NCBI GenBank assembly: GCA_012026655.1
Contig: JAAILG010000200.1
Coordinates: 1-64,000 of the forward strand
DNA length: 64,000 nt
Source: Hydrolagus affinis
Taxonomy: Eukaryota
Direction: 5' to 3'
In this document: piece by piece, positions 1 through 12,540 of the stretch
Layout of the letters: the number at the start of each line of letters is the position of its first letter
How positions within the stretch are numbered: position 1 is the stretch's first letter
The notes under the pieces: model-generated
Database searches by the model: none
What the model was told of the DNA's origin: nothing
What the model saw: the letters and a program-made list of their open reading frames with translations, nothing else
Made by a program: the position numbers and the translations under genes

Positions 1-660
1 GGGGAGCGTTTGTGTGGTCAAGCCTGGATGTTATGAATGAGTGAATGAGGATCTCAGAAGCCTGCGGTGTGAGACGGTGGTGGAGCCGTGCAATGTTGGG
101 AGGATGGGGGAAGGTAGAGGGGGCATGACATGGATATGGGGTAGAAAGGACAATTGTCAAACAAGACACTAAGGTTCCTTACTGGCTTAGTAAGGTGGAG
201 TGTGCATCCTTGGATGTTGATGCTGTCAGTGCCTGAGGTGTGGAGGTACTGATGGGAGCCAATTAGGAGGGCCTTGGCCATGTTGACATTCAACTGTAGA
301 AAGTTAGCTCTCATCCAGGATTTGATGTCTGACAGCCTTTCACATTGGGAAGATGACCATACCTCAGAGGTATGGTCTGAACCATTCAGGGACAGATTCA
401 TGAAGGTTGACGTGAGAGGAGAGGTGATGGAGGGGAATAAAGTAGTCAACAGTTTTGAAGGTGGCAGAGAGGTCAAGAAGGATGAGGAGGCAGTTGGAGC
501 ACTGGTCGCAGATGGACAAAACGTCACTTGTCACTTTGACCAAAGCTGTTTCTGTGCTGTGGGCGGTACGGAATCCCAATTGGAGGGATTCACGAAGGGA
601 GTGGCGGGGAAGGGGGTGAGGGGGGGAAAGGAGCGAAGAAACAAATCGTAGTGAAGTGTT
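1..660 (-). mobile_element. L2/CR1-group LINE ORF2 (reverse transcriptase) fragment, frameshifted, with internal deletion; runs off window start
   Basis: Minus-strand ORFs 364..579 (GFRTAHSTETALVKVTSDVL...LLILLDLSATFKTVD) and 54..527 (LSDIKSWMRANFLQLN...KPVRNLSVLFD) match L2-type RT motifs (GFRxxHSTETAL, LDLSAAFDTVDH, WMxxNFLxLN). Bases 1..245 are reverse-complement homologous to ~62318..62575. Confidence 0.9.
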
Positions 661-1832
661 GTGACTTCGTAAGCAAGCAAAACCCTCAGATAAACACGGG
701 TTTACTCACAGAAACAGTCATTCCACTCTACAGAATGGTTTTCGAAAACATATAGACTAGTTTGGAACTTACATTTAGTTTTTAATCTTCTTTACTTTCC
801 AGGGTTGCTAATGGTATCTTTAATGTGTTGAAATAGTAGTTATTGTGTCACTTACATGGAGAATATTTTCAAATCCAAGCACTACAGAATTTCTGATCAT
901 TAGTAACACATTCAACTAGCGTTTATTCGGTGTACTACTGATATCAGGTAACCCAGCATGCATAATGTGTGACTGTATCTTTAAACATGTGACTTAGAAA
1001 ATCTTCTATCAAAAGAATTAGCCTGTTGCTCTAGGTGGCCCCATATCTTCAGCAAACAGAGCTGCTTATCACATCCATCCCTTTATAATCTGATTTGGGA
1101 CAAGATAAAATCTTTAGTCAACAATCATTACGAAACAAGATCAGCCTTATTGTTTTGGGTTATGACTTGTAGTCAACATTCATTTTGTGGACAAGTTGTA
1201 CAACTCAGGGATTGCAAACATTATTCTGATTCAACACATTTCACAAGTGAAACATTCGGAATATTGGAGAGAAAAATAATAAGAAAATATTCGAAATATT
1301 AGGAAGTAATTCGATGATGTTTACAGCAGCTTATTTGTCACCCAACTCAATACTTATTATAAAAACAGTGGGAAATAACAATTAAAAATGTTATTTTTGA
1401 CAGTGACTTGTGCTTTTGTTACACATTAAGAAATATGTTTTCCATACCTAAAGCTACACACTCTGGGGAGGGTGAGTAGAAACAAATCTATTTTATGCAT
1501 TTTACACTTCAGTTGACAGGTTGGAAAACCTTATTAAGAAAATTAGATGCTTCTCATCCACACCCTGCGCCTGATATATTCAACTAAGATTTGGCTTGTT
1601 AGATCTTGCCAAAGCAAAGGATCGTATGCATACAAATGAATCTAAGAAACAAACTACCGTACATCAAAATGTTTCGGCACCTGTAGGTCAATCATTTTTG
1701 TCTATGGATGTCACAATATTCATTAAGAAAGGTCCAAGACCAAGATTGAATCTTTCTATCTATATGCACATTAAGAAATTGAGTCATCTGTTAACTCGCC
1801 AGCACTGCTGAATATCTACAGTATCAACTAGA

Positions 1833-1970
1833 GAATAATAATAATCATAATAATAATCTTTGTGTTTGATGTAGCATCTTATCAAAATGCTACAAAGTGT
1901 TTCAAAGGATTTATATAAAGTGTAGTTACTGTATTTGTAGGTGAATGTGGCAGCTATTTGTGCACAGCAA
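1833..1970 (-). mobile_element. SINE 3' fragment (Deu-domain end plus (ATT)n tail), degenerate
   Basis: (AAT)n followed by sequence that is the diverged reverse complement of the 22400..22558 SINE 3' end. Confidence 0.7.
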
Positions 1971-4163
1971 TATTTAAGTAGTGTTCAACAGATTTATCTA
2001 CTTCATTTTGTAGATTGTTGGCCATGATCTTTTGAGACATTCCCTTTTCATTTGCAGACAGATAACATTTTAGAAAGGCTTTAACTTCCGCTTTATGTTT
2101 TTGTTAATATAAAAGAAAAATATTGTACATCTTAATATATTTTGACTTCGGTAACTGGACCCTTTACCAAAACCTAAACCTTTGTAAATGAAGCCTTCGG
2201 CAGCAATGGCTCATTGCCCCCAATGTTCTCTTGTTTTTGGTTATTTAGTTTTATAACCAAGCAACCTAACCACGTTGCTCGTCGGTGTATTTATCAATAT
2301 GCAGAATCAACTTTATGCAGCAAATCTTGTAGGGACAAAGCCAAATAGACATTCTTGGCCCCATCAGAGTGAAGGTTAGGGAACACATGCATTGAAACTT
2401 GCATATGTAAATGAATTTGCAGTTCGTGTTTGTTTTAAGTAAAGCTTAGCCACTTACTGTACCAGAGCAGTTATTACATTAGCTCAGATTTCATTTGCCT
2501 TCTTTAACATATTACTTCGACACAGTTGGTGAAGTAATTTATTCCATTCTCTGCAAAGAGCTTGGATCTCATTTGTTAGCATGCTGTTCTCCTCAGCCCA
2601 CTAGGCTGCCATTCATCTCTCGTCTCTGTGGAGCATTAGATCTGTGCAGAATTTTAATCAGAATTGATTTAACTAAACCCAGGGCATAGATTCAAAATTG
2701 GTGCAGTGATCCCACAAGAATTGCTGTAACATGTTTTTTTGTAAAAAGTATGAATGCAAAATTCATCACAATATTGATACATTTAAGATAGCGAAAATTA
2801 GGAAAATTATTGTGTTCAAGGGCTAAACTGAAGCACATTCACTGCCATGTATCAGAAATCTTGGATTGGAGCAAGTTTTGTTTAAGTTCCTGTTCATAGT
2901 CCCTCACCAGCACACTATACCATTGACTGCCAGGGCTCACACATGAACAATGGGCACTTGTACAGAGTATCAGAGGGCAACAGGCATGTATGGAACAAAC
3001 CAGAAGCAGAAAGGCACGTATCAGTGGGCAGAACATTTGATAAATAATGGAACACACCTTCAAAAAAAACAAATGCCAGGATCTTTAGCTGAAACAGTCA
3101 GTAAATCATGCTGCAGAAGAAGTGAAAATAAAATAACACAAGCTGTACACCACTGCTCCGTGGTCTCATAAGTCTTAAACAGCAGCTTCATCAAATGGCA
3201 GGACCATCTGCTAAAACACTGTCTGCAGGTCCTGCAGAAACAGAAGCAGATTGTGAAACAATAAAACAAATAATTAGAAAAATGCCAGATATTCATAATG
3301 CTTTGCTTTTCATGGCCATGCTGTGGTTCAATAGCAGAAATCAATTTGGTGAAATAGTAAAGTCACATTTGAGCTATCTTGGCAAACCTCCAACTTCACT
3401 TGTTTTGTACACACGTCAACCGATCCAGAGATAAATAATGTCCCAGAACATAGAGGGGGCAGAAAAATGACCCAATGTTCCTTTGTAATTTTCTCAAAAG
3501 CAGATCTTCAAACAACAATGAGAGATAGAACAGTGTAGCTTTATCTGTTAAGAACGTACCTTTATTAAGTCAATACAATGAAATATTGTTAAGTGGTTTG
3601 CATTAACAATAGAGAGGTAATTTTGTTGGGTAATTGGAAACCATTCTTCACTGTAGTTTGCAGGACACCTCAGGCTAATATATTTGCCATTATGTCTCTA
3701 AGGTATACTGGAAAATATTGCTGCAGGCAAGCAGACAGCACAGACATACCTTAAACACACAACTGTAGTTGCTTATTTTGCAATGGGCAATTTGCAGGAA
3801 TGTGCAGATTTTTTGTCATCTTTTTGTAGGGGAACCTAGATTGGCCACAGAATCAGAAGTGATGATTTTAACAAGCATTTATCTATATCCTAGTGTTGAA
3901 AATTTTTAGGATCATTGATTAAGGGAAGAGAAAGTTTTCAATCCAACGATTTTTACCACTCCACAAAAGAAATGCAAATAGAGTATCTGTCATTTTCTAG
4001 GCCTTTCCCATAACACAGTTTACATATGAAGGAAGATGTCTTCTAGCAGAACATTTGCCCATCATATTAAATAGTTCTGAGTGGGGCTTGGAAAGGACAC
4101 TGATAGAGCGAAATAGCTTCCTGTTGACATGTATAAATATTTTCAGGGATTTTTAATTAACAA

Positions 4164-4573
4164 ATGGTTCAGTTGGTAGTACTCTGGCCACAGAGTCAGA
4201 CTCCCAATTACGACTTTGAACTCACAGTCCAGGTTGACATTTCAACTCAGATGTGCTGCAGTATTGGAGGTGCCTTCTTTCAGATGAGATGCTAAACTGA
4301 GCCACTCTGCCTATTCAGGTAGTAAAGATCTACCTTAAAAATCTCACAGCACTATTCCTCCACAAAAGAGTGCTTCTCCTTGGTGTCCTGGCCAACAATC
4401 CCCCAAGATGGTTACTCACTTCATGCCTTGTTTGTGGAACATGGTTATGCACAAATTGGCCATTGCATTCATCTACAAAATACAGTCACTACACTTTACC
4501 ATAAAATCACATGAAGCACTTTTTGATGTCTCGCTGACATGATATATTAACTGAAAAGATCATTATTTATTAT
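4164..4573 (+). mobile_element. Old Deu-domain SINE (SacSINE1/AmnSINE1-like), near full length, diverged
   Basis: tRNA-like head remnant (tggttcagttggtagtactct), Deu-domain-like core (ggaggtgccttctttcagatgagatgctaaactgag...ggtgtcctggccaac...tgtttgtggaacatggttatgcacaaattggc) and AT-rich tail. Family assigned from recalled consensus. Confidence 0.75.
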
Positions 4574-4919
4574 GAAGTGGGTGTGACCTATTTCAGGAAT
4601 CAAACAGAATCGGAGGCAGCAAAATAAGCCACAACTAGTTGATATTTCTGGCAGTGAAAGCAATGTTTTTGTAGATCAAAATTTGCTATCATGTCCCGAG
4701 CATTTAGTGTGCAGTGCTGAGAGCTGCAAGCTGATAACTGCAATTTGCTTTTGAAAACATTATGTTGCCAGGAAACCAAATACAGTCATTTGCAATACAA
4801 TCTAACATTATTCTGTTCCTCCAAAAAGACAAAGATCAGTTGTCCTTGTGAGGATTCTTTGACATTTATGCTTTAGTTAGAAGTATTTTCATTATAGCAT
4901 TCCTCAGAATACTTCAAAT

Positions 4920-5120
4920 AACAAATAATAGCTGCATTTGTTATAGCTCCTTTACCATGGGGAGGACATCTCAAAGCGCTTTACAAGATTTACTATAAAG
5001 TGGAGTAAATATGTATCTTGTTGGCAAACTCAGCAGCCAATTTATGCTCAGCAGTGTCCTACAACAACAACAAAATTACATTAATAGAGTGCCTTTCACG
5101 TCAGGGGGACATCATGAAGT
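4920..5120 (-). mobile_element. Two adjacent SINE/L2 3'-tail fragments
   Basis: gcatttgttatagctcctttacc...acatctcaaagcgcttt...gcagccaatttatgctcagcagtgtcctacaa, then (AAC)n-aaaattacattaatagagtgcctttcacgtcagggggac. Both are reverse complements of tails seen at ~22500 and ~63080. Confidence 0.7.
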
Positions 5121-5499
5121 GAAGGAAGCTAGGTACAATGCTTTGAAATAATTTAACTAGCCAAGAAGTTCAATAATAGATCAATTAAAGGGCCTGCATA
5201 CCTAACTATAAAAACACATGCAAACCTGCTCTCTATACTAAACATTCAAAGTACAAATATATATATACTGTACAGGTATATATTTTTTTAACAGGACCAA
5301 AGTGTGTGTGCTTCCTCTTAAATACATTGCTTGTGGCTATGGCAGGAAATTGTGCTCCTGTTGCTCTAAAATTCCTAAGAGCTCAGCAGGGTACGTTCAG
5401 CACAGGCATATACGGTCAGGTACCAGAACAAGTGATTCAACAAAGCAAATCAGGAAAACAATCCACTGACTGATGTAGGAAATGATCAAGAAATAAAGT

Positions 5500-6470
5500 A
5501 TATTCGCATGATAGCAACCTCTCATTCCAGTTAAATTATAATTGATCCTTCACTAAAAGCTTATAAAAATGCTCTGATTACATTGGGCTGTTTTCAAACA
5601 TGCACGTAAAATCAATACTTATGAAATGGTCAACATTGTATAGAAGGAAATTTACCTGCTGTTGCACCCATAAGATGGCTCTTTTTATTTCTATAAATCC
5701 TTTACTATCGAACCATGCTCATCAATACCTAATAGCATTTCTAAGGACTTCTGTCACTGCTGCAAAGATTCAAGAGCTGAATCTAGTACATGTTGGTCAT
5801 CCGTCAATGGATGTGACCCTGACACTTTGTTACAGGACAGACTGTCCCAATCATGAACCATTGGACAAAAGTGGGTTTGTAGTTCACAGAATGAATCACA
5901 TTTTGACTGTCAAATTGACAGTGCTCATCAATCTTTCTGGTGGAGCTAGTCAGAAAATGAGTGACAGAATGAAACAGTTGTGTGGAATGCTGTCATGTTG
6001 TGAAATAAAAAATATGAAGAAACAGTTCAGCAATTTCAAACTAAAATCGACACCAAAAAAAAATGGCAGGCAGCATCCTCAGAAATCTGACACCACAGCT
6101 TCTTGTGTTCTGGAGCTGCGCCACTCTCTTTGATCCTCACAATAAATATGCAGAGCCTAACCATTCAAGACCCATGAGGGCATGTTCAGTTGGCTCGTGA
6201 CAGCAAAGCCTTGGGAAAACTGAAAGGAAAATTTGCAGCGAGGAAGATGGAATTTATGCCCGATAACACTGGAGTGGATGTTGTGGAGTATTGCCAAGTT
6301 GTCAAGGGACGTAGCTAACATTAGCAAATGTTGCCATCAGGCGTTAGCTGTATCAGGTGGGAATATAAATGTGCAGAGATTGTTTTTAAGCAAACTCCAA
6401 TTCGCCAACCAAAGTGAAAGGAATTGCAGCAACATTGAAGTCTTGAAAAGACCAATGATGCCATAAACTG
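5500..6470 (+). mobile_element. Probable decayed hAT-superfamily transposase remnant
   Basis: FWSCATLFDPHNK at 6108..6146 resembles hAT ATxLDPRxK. ANISKCCHQALAVSGGNINVQRLF in ORF 6233..6466 resembles the hAT C-terminal dimerisation motif. The motifs are in the expected order but frameshifted; boundaries uncertain. Confidence 0.4.
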
Positions 6471-7982
6471 GAATGTTAATAGACTTTGCTAAAATGATTC
6501 CATGAACAACTGCAGTTGTGGTCAGGCATCGACAGTTATTGACTTGTGTTTTTCTCTGGATGAACTTCATTCAGAAACAGAATGTTTTTGTTTAAACAAA
6601 ATTTCAATGCTGCAAGTCACTCTTGTGAAACCAGATTGAACTGTGACTGAAACCTTAATGTCTGTGAAATAAATCAACGGGCTTTGCCAAGTCATTACAA
6701 TTTGCAAATGGATTGAACTGAACTACTAGGATTGAAACTGATCCGAAAGATGCATGCCCGCCTCAGCCAACCTTTCATAATGCGAAAACAGTTTGAAGTG
6801 AGCTGCTGAGATTGAAACTTTGTGTCTGTGAACAAAATGGGCAATTTTATTACTATTTGCAAACAATTTGAACCAAACTTATGCCATTAAATTGTGTGGA
6901 GAAACAAGCACATCTAGATTTGGTATGTTTGAATACATTTGTGTTAATTTCCAACCACTTTCTATTATCTTTTCATATCTATTAAGATAAGACTGTTAAC
7001 TGGGCTGACTGAAATGCATGGCCAACAACACAATACAAGTAAAATTATATATTTTTTGCTTACATCTGGCATGGAAACATGCCATTCAGCCCAACTAGTC
7101 TGCCAGGGTGTTTATACGGTACTCCACTGTTGCCCCTACCCCTCCGATTCACCGCAATTATACTGTCCCCTTGCTGTCTCCCTCATCTACGCATAATTTT
7201 TGCTCATAAATACATCTTGTTTGCTTCAACCACAATTTCTGCCTGCGATTTTCACATTCTCACCTATCTCCACATGAAGACATTCTTCCTAAATTTCCTG
7301 TAGATCTACCACTATATATCTAAGATTGATGTCCATAAAATGCATGACACAGAGAATATTGGAAAACAGCAGTGTTATGACATATTAGCGATACAGTACA
7401 AAACTGATAATATTTGATGTGATAATTATCACCAGCAATAGTTAACAGATGAAAATAATTATCACAGTAAATATATTATGAATCATTACAATTTTCCTCC
7501 ATTGCATTGTTCTAACTTTAAAATTGTTGAATCTGTGGACACAGCAGATTTTTTTTAATATTTAGTGATTACATTTGGCAACTCTCTGGTAAGTCTCTGA
7601 ATCCTCATCCATTTCCATTCAAACTGTTAATTTGATAGTAAAGTAACAGATCCATTGTCCAAAGAGACATCTGTGTCGATTTACCTGATGCATTGACTTT
7701 GTTTAGAGCTGTGTCTGCCTCAGAACTCATTAACAGTGGAGATTAAAAATGGAGTAGCTTGGGAATCACAACTCTAATTCCAAATCAGTAACAATACCCT
7801 AAAACATGCATGCCTCATTCTGCAGCTTCTTTATGTGTAAAACAGATAGATCGATATAATTATCATATACAATACATATATAGTATACCACATATATACT
7901 CTGGAAGGTTGGTCAGCATTTTTTCTTGGTGGAAAAATGTCACATACAAGGATACACAAGTAAACAAAATCAGGTAATATCT

Positions 7983-8093
7983 AATAATAATAATCCTTGC
8001 ATTTGATAAAGCTCCTTATCACATCATTGAGACATCTCAAAACACTTCACAGAATATACTGCAAAGTGAATTGACTGTAATTTGTGAGCAAAA
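7983..8093 (-). mobile_element. SINE 3' fragment
   Basis: aataataataatccttgcatttgataaagctccttatcac...gagacatctcaaaacacttcacagaatatactgcaaagtgaattgactgta is the reverse complement of the SINE tail. Confidence 0.85.
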
Positions 8094-9662
8094 TCAACAT
8101 CAAAGACAATGTACAGTTGTTTTAATATAAAACATCTGAACAGGAATATATAAAAATGAGCCACAAAATACTGAAAATGCACAGTTTGCTCATTACCACT
8201 TGAAGTATGACGATAGGTTAATTGTTTGAATGCAACTCTTCATAAAACCAGAAATATAGGGATTAAAAAGAATGGTCAGAGAATTCAGGAGAGTCAGACC
8301 AAGAGAACAATTAAAATCCACCAACCACACACAAATACACACACACAAAGAGACAAGTGAGTAACTCCCAATAGTAATTAGCCAATTGTGGATCACTGAA
8401 AATGGATGTTACAGCACTTAATATCATAGAAAGGTAATAACAGGCAGATGTCCAATATGCAGGCACAAGGACATCTGAGCAGAAAATAATAAGTATCTTG
8501 GGGAATGGAGTGAAAATATTGGGGAAGCTCTGAATTTGTTCAAGTCAATGTTCAGACCAATGGATCATAGAGGGTAACCAAAATTAAGAATAATAACCTG
8601 GAGTTTGTACTGTTTTGTAACCTTTATAAATTGGAGAAGGGTGTGTCTTGAGTTTCTGCAGGGAGATTGAGGGGATTGAGTGGAGACAGTGAAGTAGATT
8701 TTGCAGGATGTGGGGAAGAAGTAGGGTTGATGAGTCAACCTGTCTTTTCCTTCCATTCCTGTCCTGTAATTTTATACATCACATTAGTGTCCAAAACTAG
8801 TTTTCGGTACAATCGTATTACATTCTTAACTGTATAGAATGTTTTGCTATGAGTAATATAACTCCTTGTAAAATTCTTGTCTCTCTCCCCACCTACCAAC
8901 AAACTCACAACTATTCTTTGGCTTTATTAATGCCATTCAACTATGAATGTATAAATCACCTCTGTGCAATTGAACCTAATCCCACATTAGTGAATTGATT
9001 TTTTTTTTAAAAACAGAGTTTACACAAACATGCTGTTGTTTCTATTTTGTGTATGCATGGCTTTAATAAATCACTGTCAAGGAAACAAAAAATTTAAATA
9101 TGCGCCATCCTACTTAAAAATTCATAATGAAAAACTGTAAGGTCACTGTCGATTTGTAAATAGCACAAGTCACAGAGTTACCAGTACAATGTGTGGCTCA
9201 TAATTGATCTCATGTGAGTAATAATTCAAAGTTATACAGATCACCTGTCATCTTTATCTGCATTTACTTCAAACACAATTTGTCAATGCAAAGCTCCCTT
9301 CAATGAATGTGGTTTCTGTGTATGCAAAGATGCAAGATGTTCTAATGGTTTCTTAAACAGCAGGCCAATGGCACAACCTATTGGTGCACCTATGCACTGC
9401 ACCACTGACAACACTATTATATATAAAATATATAGATCGCACACCAATAACTTCAGTTAAAGTGAATTTTCTGATAAGAGTGATCTGAGCGAGATTATGA
9501 ATACAGGCAAGGAGATTCATTTCAGGGACAATAAAAAAAAGTCAGTCCTGAATATTCTTCTAACACCAGCTAGCAAAAGGTTCTGAAACTGTATTCACAG
9601 TAGACTGGGAAAGACTTCTTTGTTGATTCATAATGCATGAAATCTGAGGGACACTTCATTCT

Positions 9663-9757
9663 AATAATAATAATAATCCTTGAATTCGATATAGTGCCTT
9701 TCACATCTTCTGGATGTCTCAAAGCACTTCACAGAATCTAAAGTGAATTGACTATAT
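9663..9757 (-). mobile_element. SINE 3' fragment
   Basis: (AAT)n-ccttgaattcgatatagtgcctttcac...gtctcaaagcacttcacagaat...aaagtgaattgacta. Confidence 0.8.
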
Positions 9758-11972
9758 AAGGGCAAAAATTCTAAACATCATTGTTAAACCACCACGTCTA
9801 AACATGTATAGTTTGCCAACCAAATAAACAGTATTTGCATCATTTCTTGACAGGATTGCCAAAAACGGAAGTGTTGTGTGATCAGAATCCCATTCGAACC
9901 ACAAGAATTCTACTCCAAAAATCGAAGTCCAAAAATATGAGCTACAGATAGTTGAGCAACTTGGATATTTCATTAAAGAAGCTCATTCAAAGAATTCCAC
10001 AAAATAGACCCCAAATTAATTCCCCAAAACACCAATTTGCAATTATACAATGTCCTTTAAGTAGAACATAATGCAGGAAGAAATATACACTCTTAAATCA
10101 TGATGTTTTCCCCAACATGTTTCCACAAAGATTCACAGCAGCGATGCTGTGTATTGAGCATTGAACTCCACCTAGTGTACAATTCTGGAGTGTACAAACA
10201 GCAACATTATCTTTTCAGCACTCCAGCTTGACCACATCAAGTATAAAACATATAATAAAGTTAAAGTTTTGGAACAAACCTTGTTTTTCTTTATTATGTA
10301 AGCAATAAACATTTTACTTATGTTATGTGTAAATTTGTGATTTTAGCTTGATTTATCATTGTGCTCTATTTTATTTGCAATTCTAAATGTTATAATTAAA
10401 TATTATTATTATAAATGTATTCCATTGTCACAAGTATTTTTAAAAATATTTTGAAGATATTGCAACATTTTAAAATAAATCCTGTAAAGAAGAAGTACAT
10501 ATGTAAAGCAAACATCAGGTTTGGATAAGAAACATAAATGGTCAGATTATCACACATAATATTTATTTATGAATTTCTACATGAAGAATATTCCAATTTA
10601 CACTCCTGACCACCTTCCATGTTTTGCTAATCTCACCAAATTAACTAAACGCATCAGTTTTTAAAAAAAATACATCATTAACAGGCAAAGTGTTGCTTTA
10701 AAGTTTACTCTCTTGTTTCAATTGATATTTTCTAAAGTATGTTAAAACAATTTTTTTTATCCTGCCACTATCACTCCTTCAAAAGCATGATAATAAATCT
10801 AGCAACTAAAATGTCAAACATGTTGTGGAGCTGGCAGTGGGTTAGTGTTTAAAGTGAGCATTTGATCTGACCCACCTTGTAATCTCACTGACATTCAGTT
10901 TTGCAACAATGGCAATGCTTTCATGTTCACAGTTTGCAGGCTGCTGATTGCATGACATTAGAAATAAGCCAACTCCACATTAGAAATAGATCCATAGAAA
11001 GCCAGGTCAGGTGGATTCCACATTTAAGTTCCATTTTAGCTTCAGAAACAATAACTCTAATGCATTGCTGTTCACTATACAAATTATTATTAATACAGTA
11101 AACTCCCAATAACTTGCTTGTGGCTTAATTTGTCATTACCACTTAACTCGCTATGCTGTCAATATCCCATCCACTTCCCTTGAAAAATGCTAGTAAGGGA
11201 CTTTACCTGTCACTTCATTTAACATGTAACCAGTCAACCTAATTCAGTAGGTTGGTGTCTCGTTTGTGAGTTGTGTTTAGCAGGTGTAACAAATATGCTC
11301 TTAATTATGTAACTAACAAACAATAAAAAATAATCAGCACAATATAGGGTTGTTAATCACATCATTGAGGGCACCTCAATGATGTGCATGTGTTTGCACA
11401 CGGTCAACACAACCCATCAATTAGTTATTTTGCTTAGTGCAGAAGATTTGCCTGTGGCCATATAGTGATTAAACAAATAGATAAATTTGCTTTCAACCAC
11501 AAAACTGCACATTTCAATGTTCTGTTTTTATAAAAGTCAATACACATAGGCACAATAAAATCTATAATATTCCTAGCATATTGCCTAGCATCTTTCTTGT
11601 CCAGAAGATGTCGGAAAGTCACGGCATGTACTGTAAAGTGTAGTGACTCTGTATTTGTAGGCAAATGTGACAGCCCATGCATGCACAGCAATGTTCCAAA
11701 AACAGCCATGAAGTGAATGATGAACTGTATTTCAAGGTTTGTTGGCTGGGATACTGGGAGAAACTCCCTTTTCGGTTGGATTTTGCAACTACAGAACATA
11801 ATGCACTTTTAAATATTGCAACCACAACATATTGAGTAATACGTTTTGAAGAGAAGAGGTAAGAAGATTGTTTCCCCACCCTTGCAAAATATTATCTAGG
11901 ACTGATCATGGATATGAGCCCTCTTATATGAACATTAGTGTAGTTATTATTATTTAGGATATCTAGATATAG

Positions 11973-12229
11973 TGGAGTCCCATAAATTTTTAAGTGATTA
12001 GAGCATTCACCTCAGAAGCGAGAGATCTGGGTTTGATTCCTGGCAGGATGAAATGTTGGGCAATTTCCTTACTCCACACTATTCTGTGTATCTAGCAGTA
12101 AGTAGGAACCCAGTTGTTAGTCGATTGGTAGATTGCTTTTCCTGGAGTAATAATTCCTTCAAAAATTGAGATGTCTCGAAGATGTGATTTGACACAATAT
12201 CAAATGCAAAGATTATTATTAGTAGTAAT
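11973..12229 (+). mobile_element. tRNA-derived SINE, internally deleted
   Basis: Head ggagtccc...gagagatctgggtttgattcctggcagg...ttgggcaatttccttactccacac is homologous to 22213..22320; ends in atatcaaatgcaaagattattatt. Confidence 0.85.
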
Positions 12230-12435
12230 ATTGACCATCTCCTATGTTCTATTTTTCTCATCTGAGAATCAATCTGCCAAAAAAAACAACTACGTGTTTC
12301 ATTTTGAAAATTAAGAGAAATAAATTGAGCTAGTGGACGATTTCCTACTTTTCTTAATCCAGGCAGCAGTGAGAATTGTATGATTTGTTTGTAGAAATAG
12401 ATATTCACATGTTCCACTTAAAAAATTATAAAAAC

Positions 12436-12540
12436 AATATTAATAATAATAATGTTTGTATTTGATATAGCCCCTCATCATGGTATTGAGACATCCCAAA
12501 GTACTATACTAAAGTGAATTGAGTATATATTTTGAGGGTG
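12436..12540 (-). mobile_element. SINE 3' fragment
   Basis: (AAT)n...atttgatatagcccctcatc...gagacatcccaaag...aaagtgaattga. Confidence 0.7.

Noticed and set aside
2850-3440. Possible pogo/DDE transposase remnant (DCQGSH-like word, several short ORFs)
   Set aside because: Similarity too weak to support without a database search.
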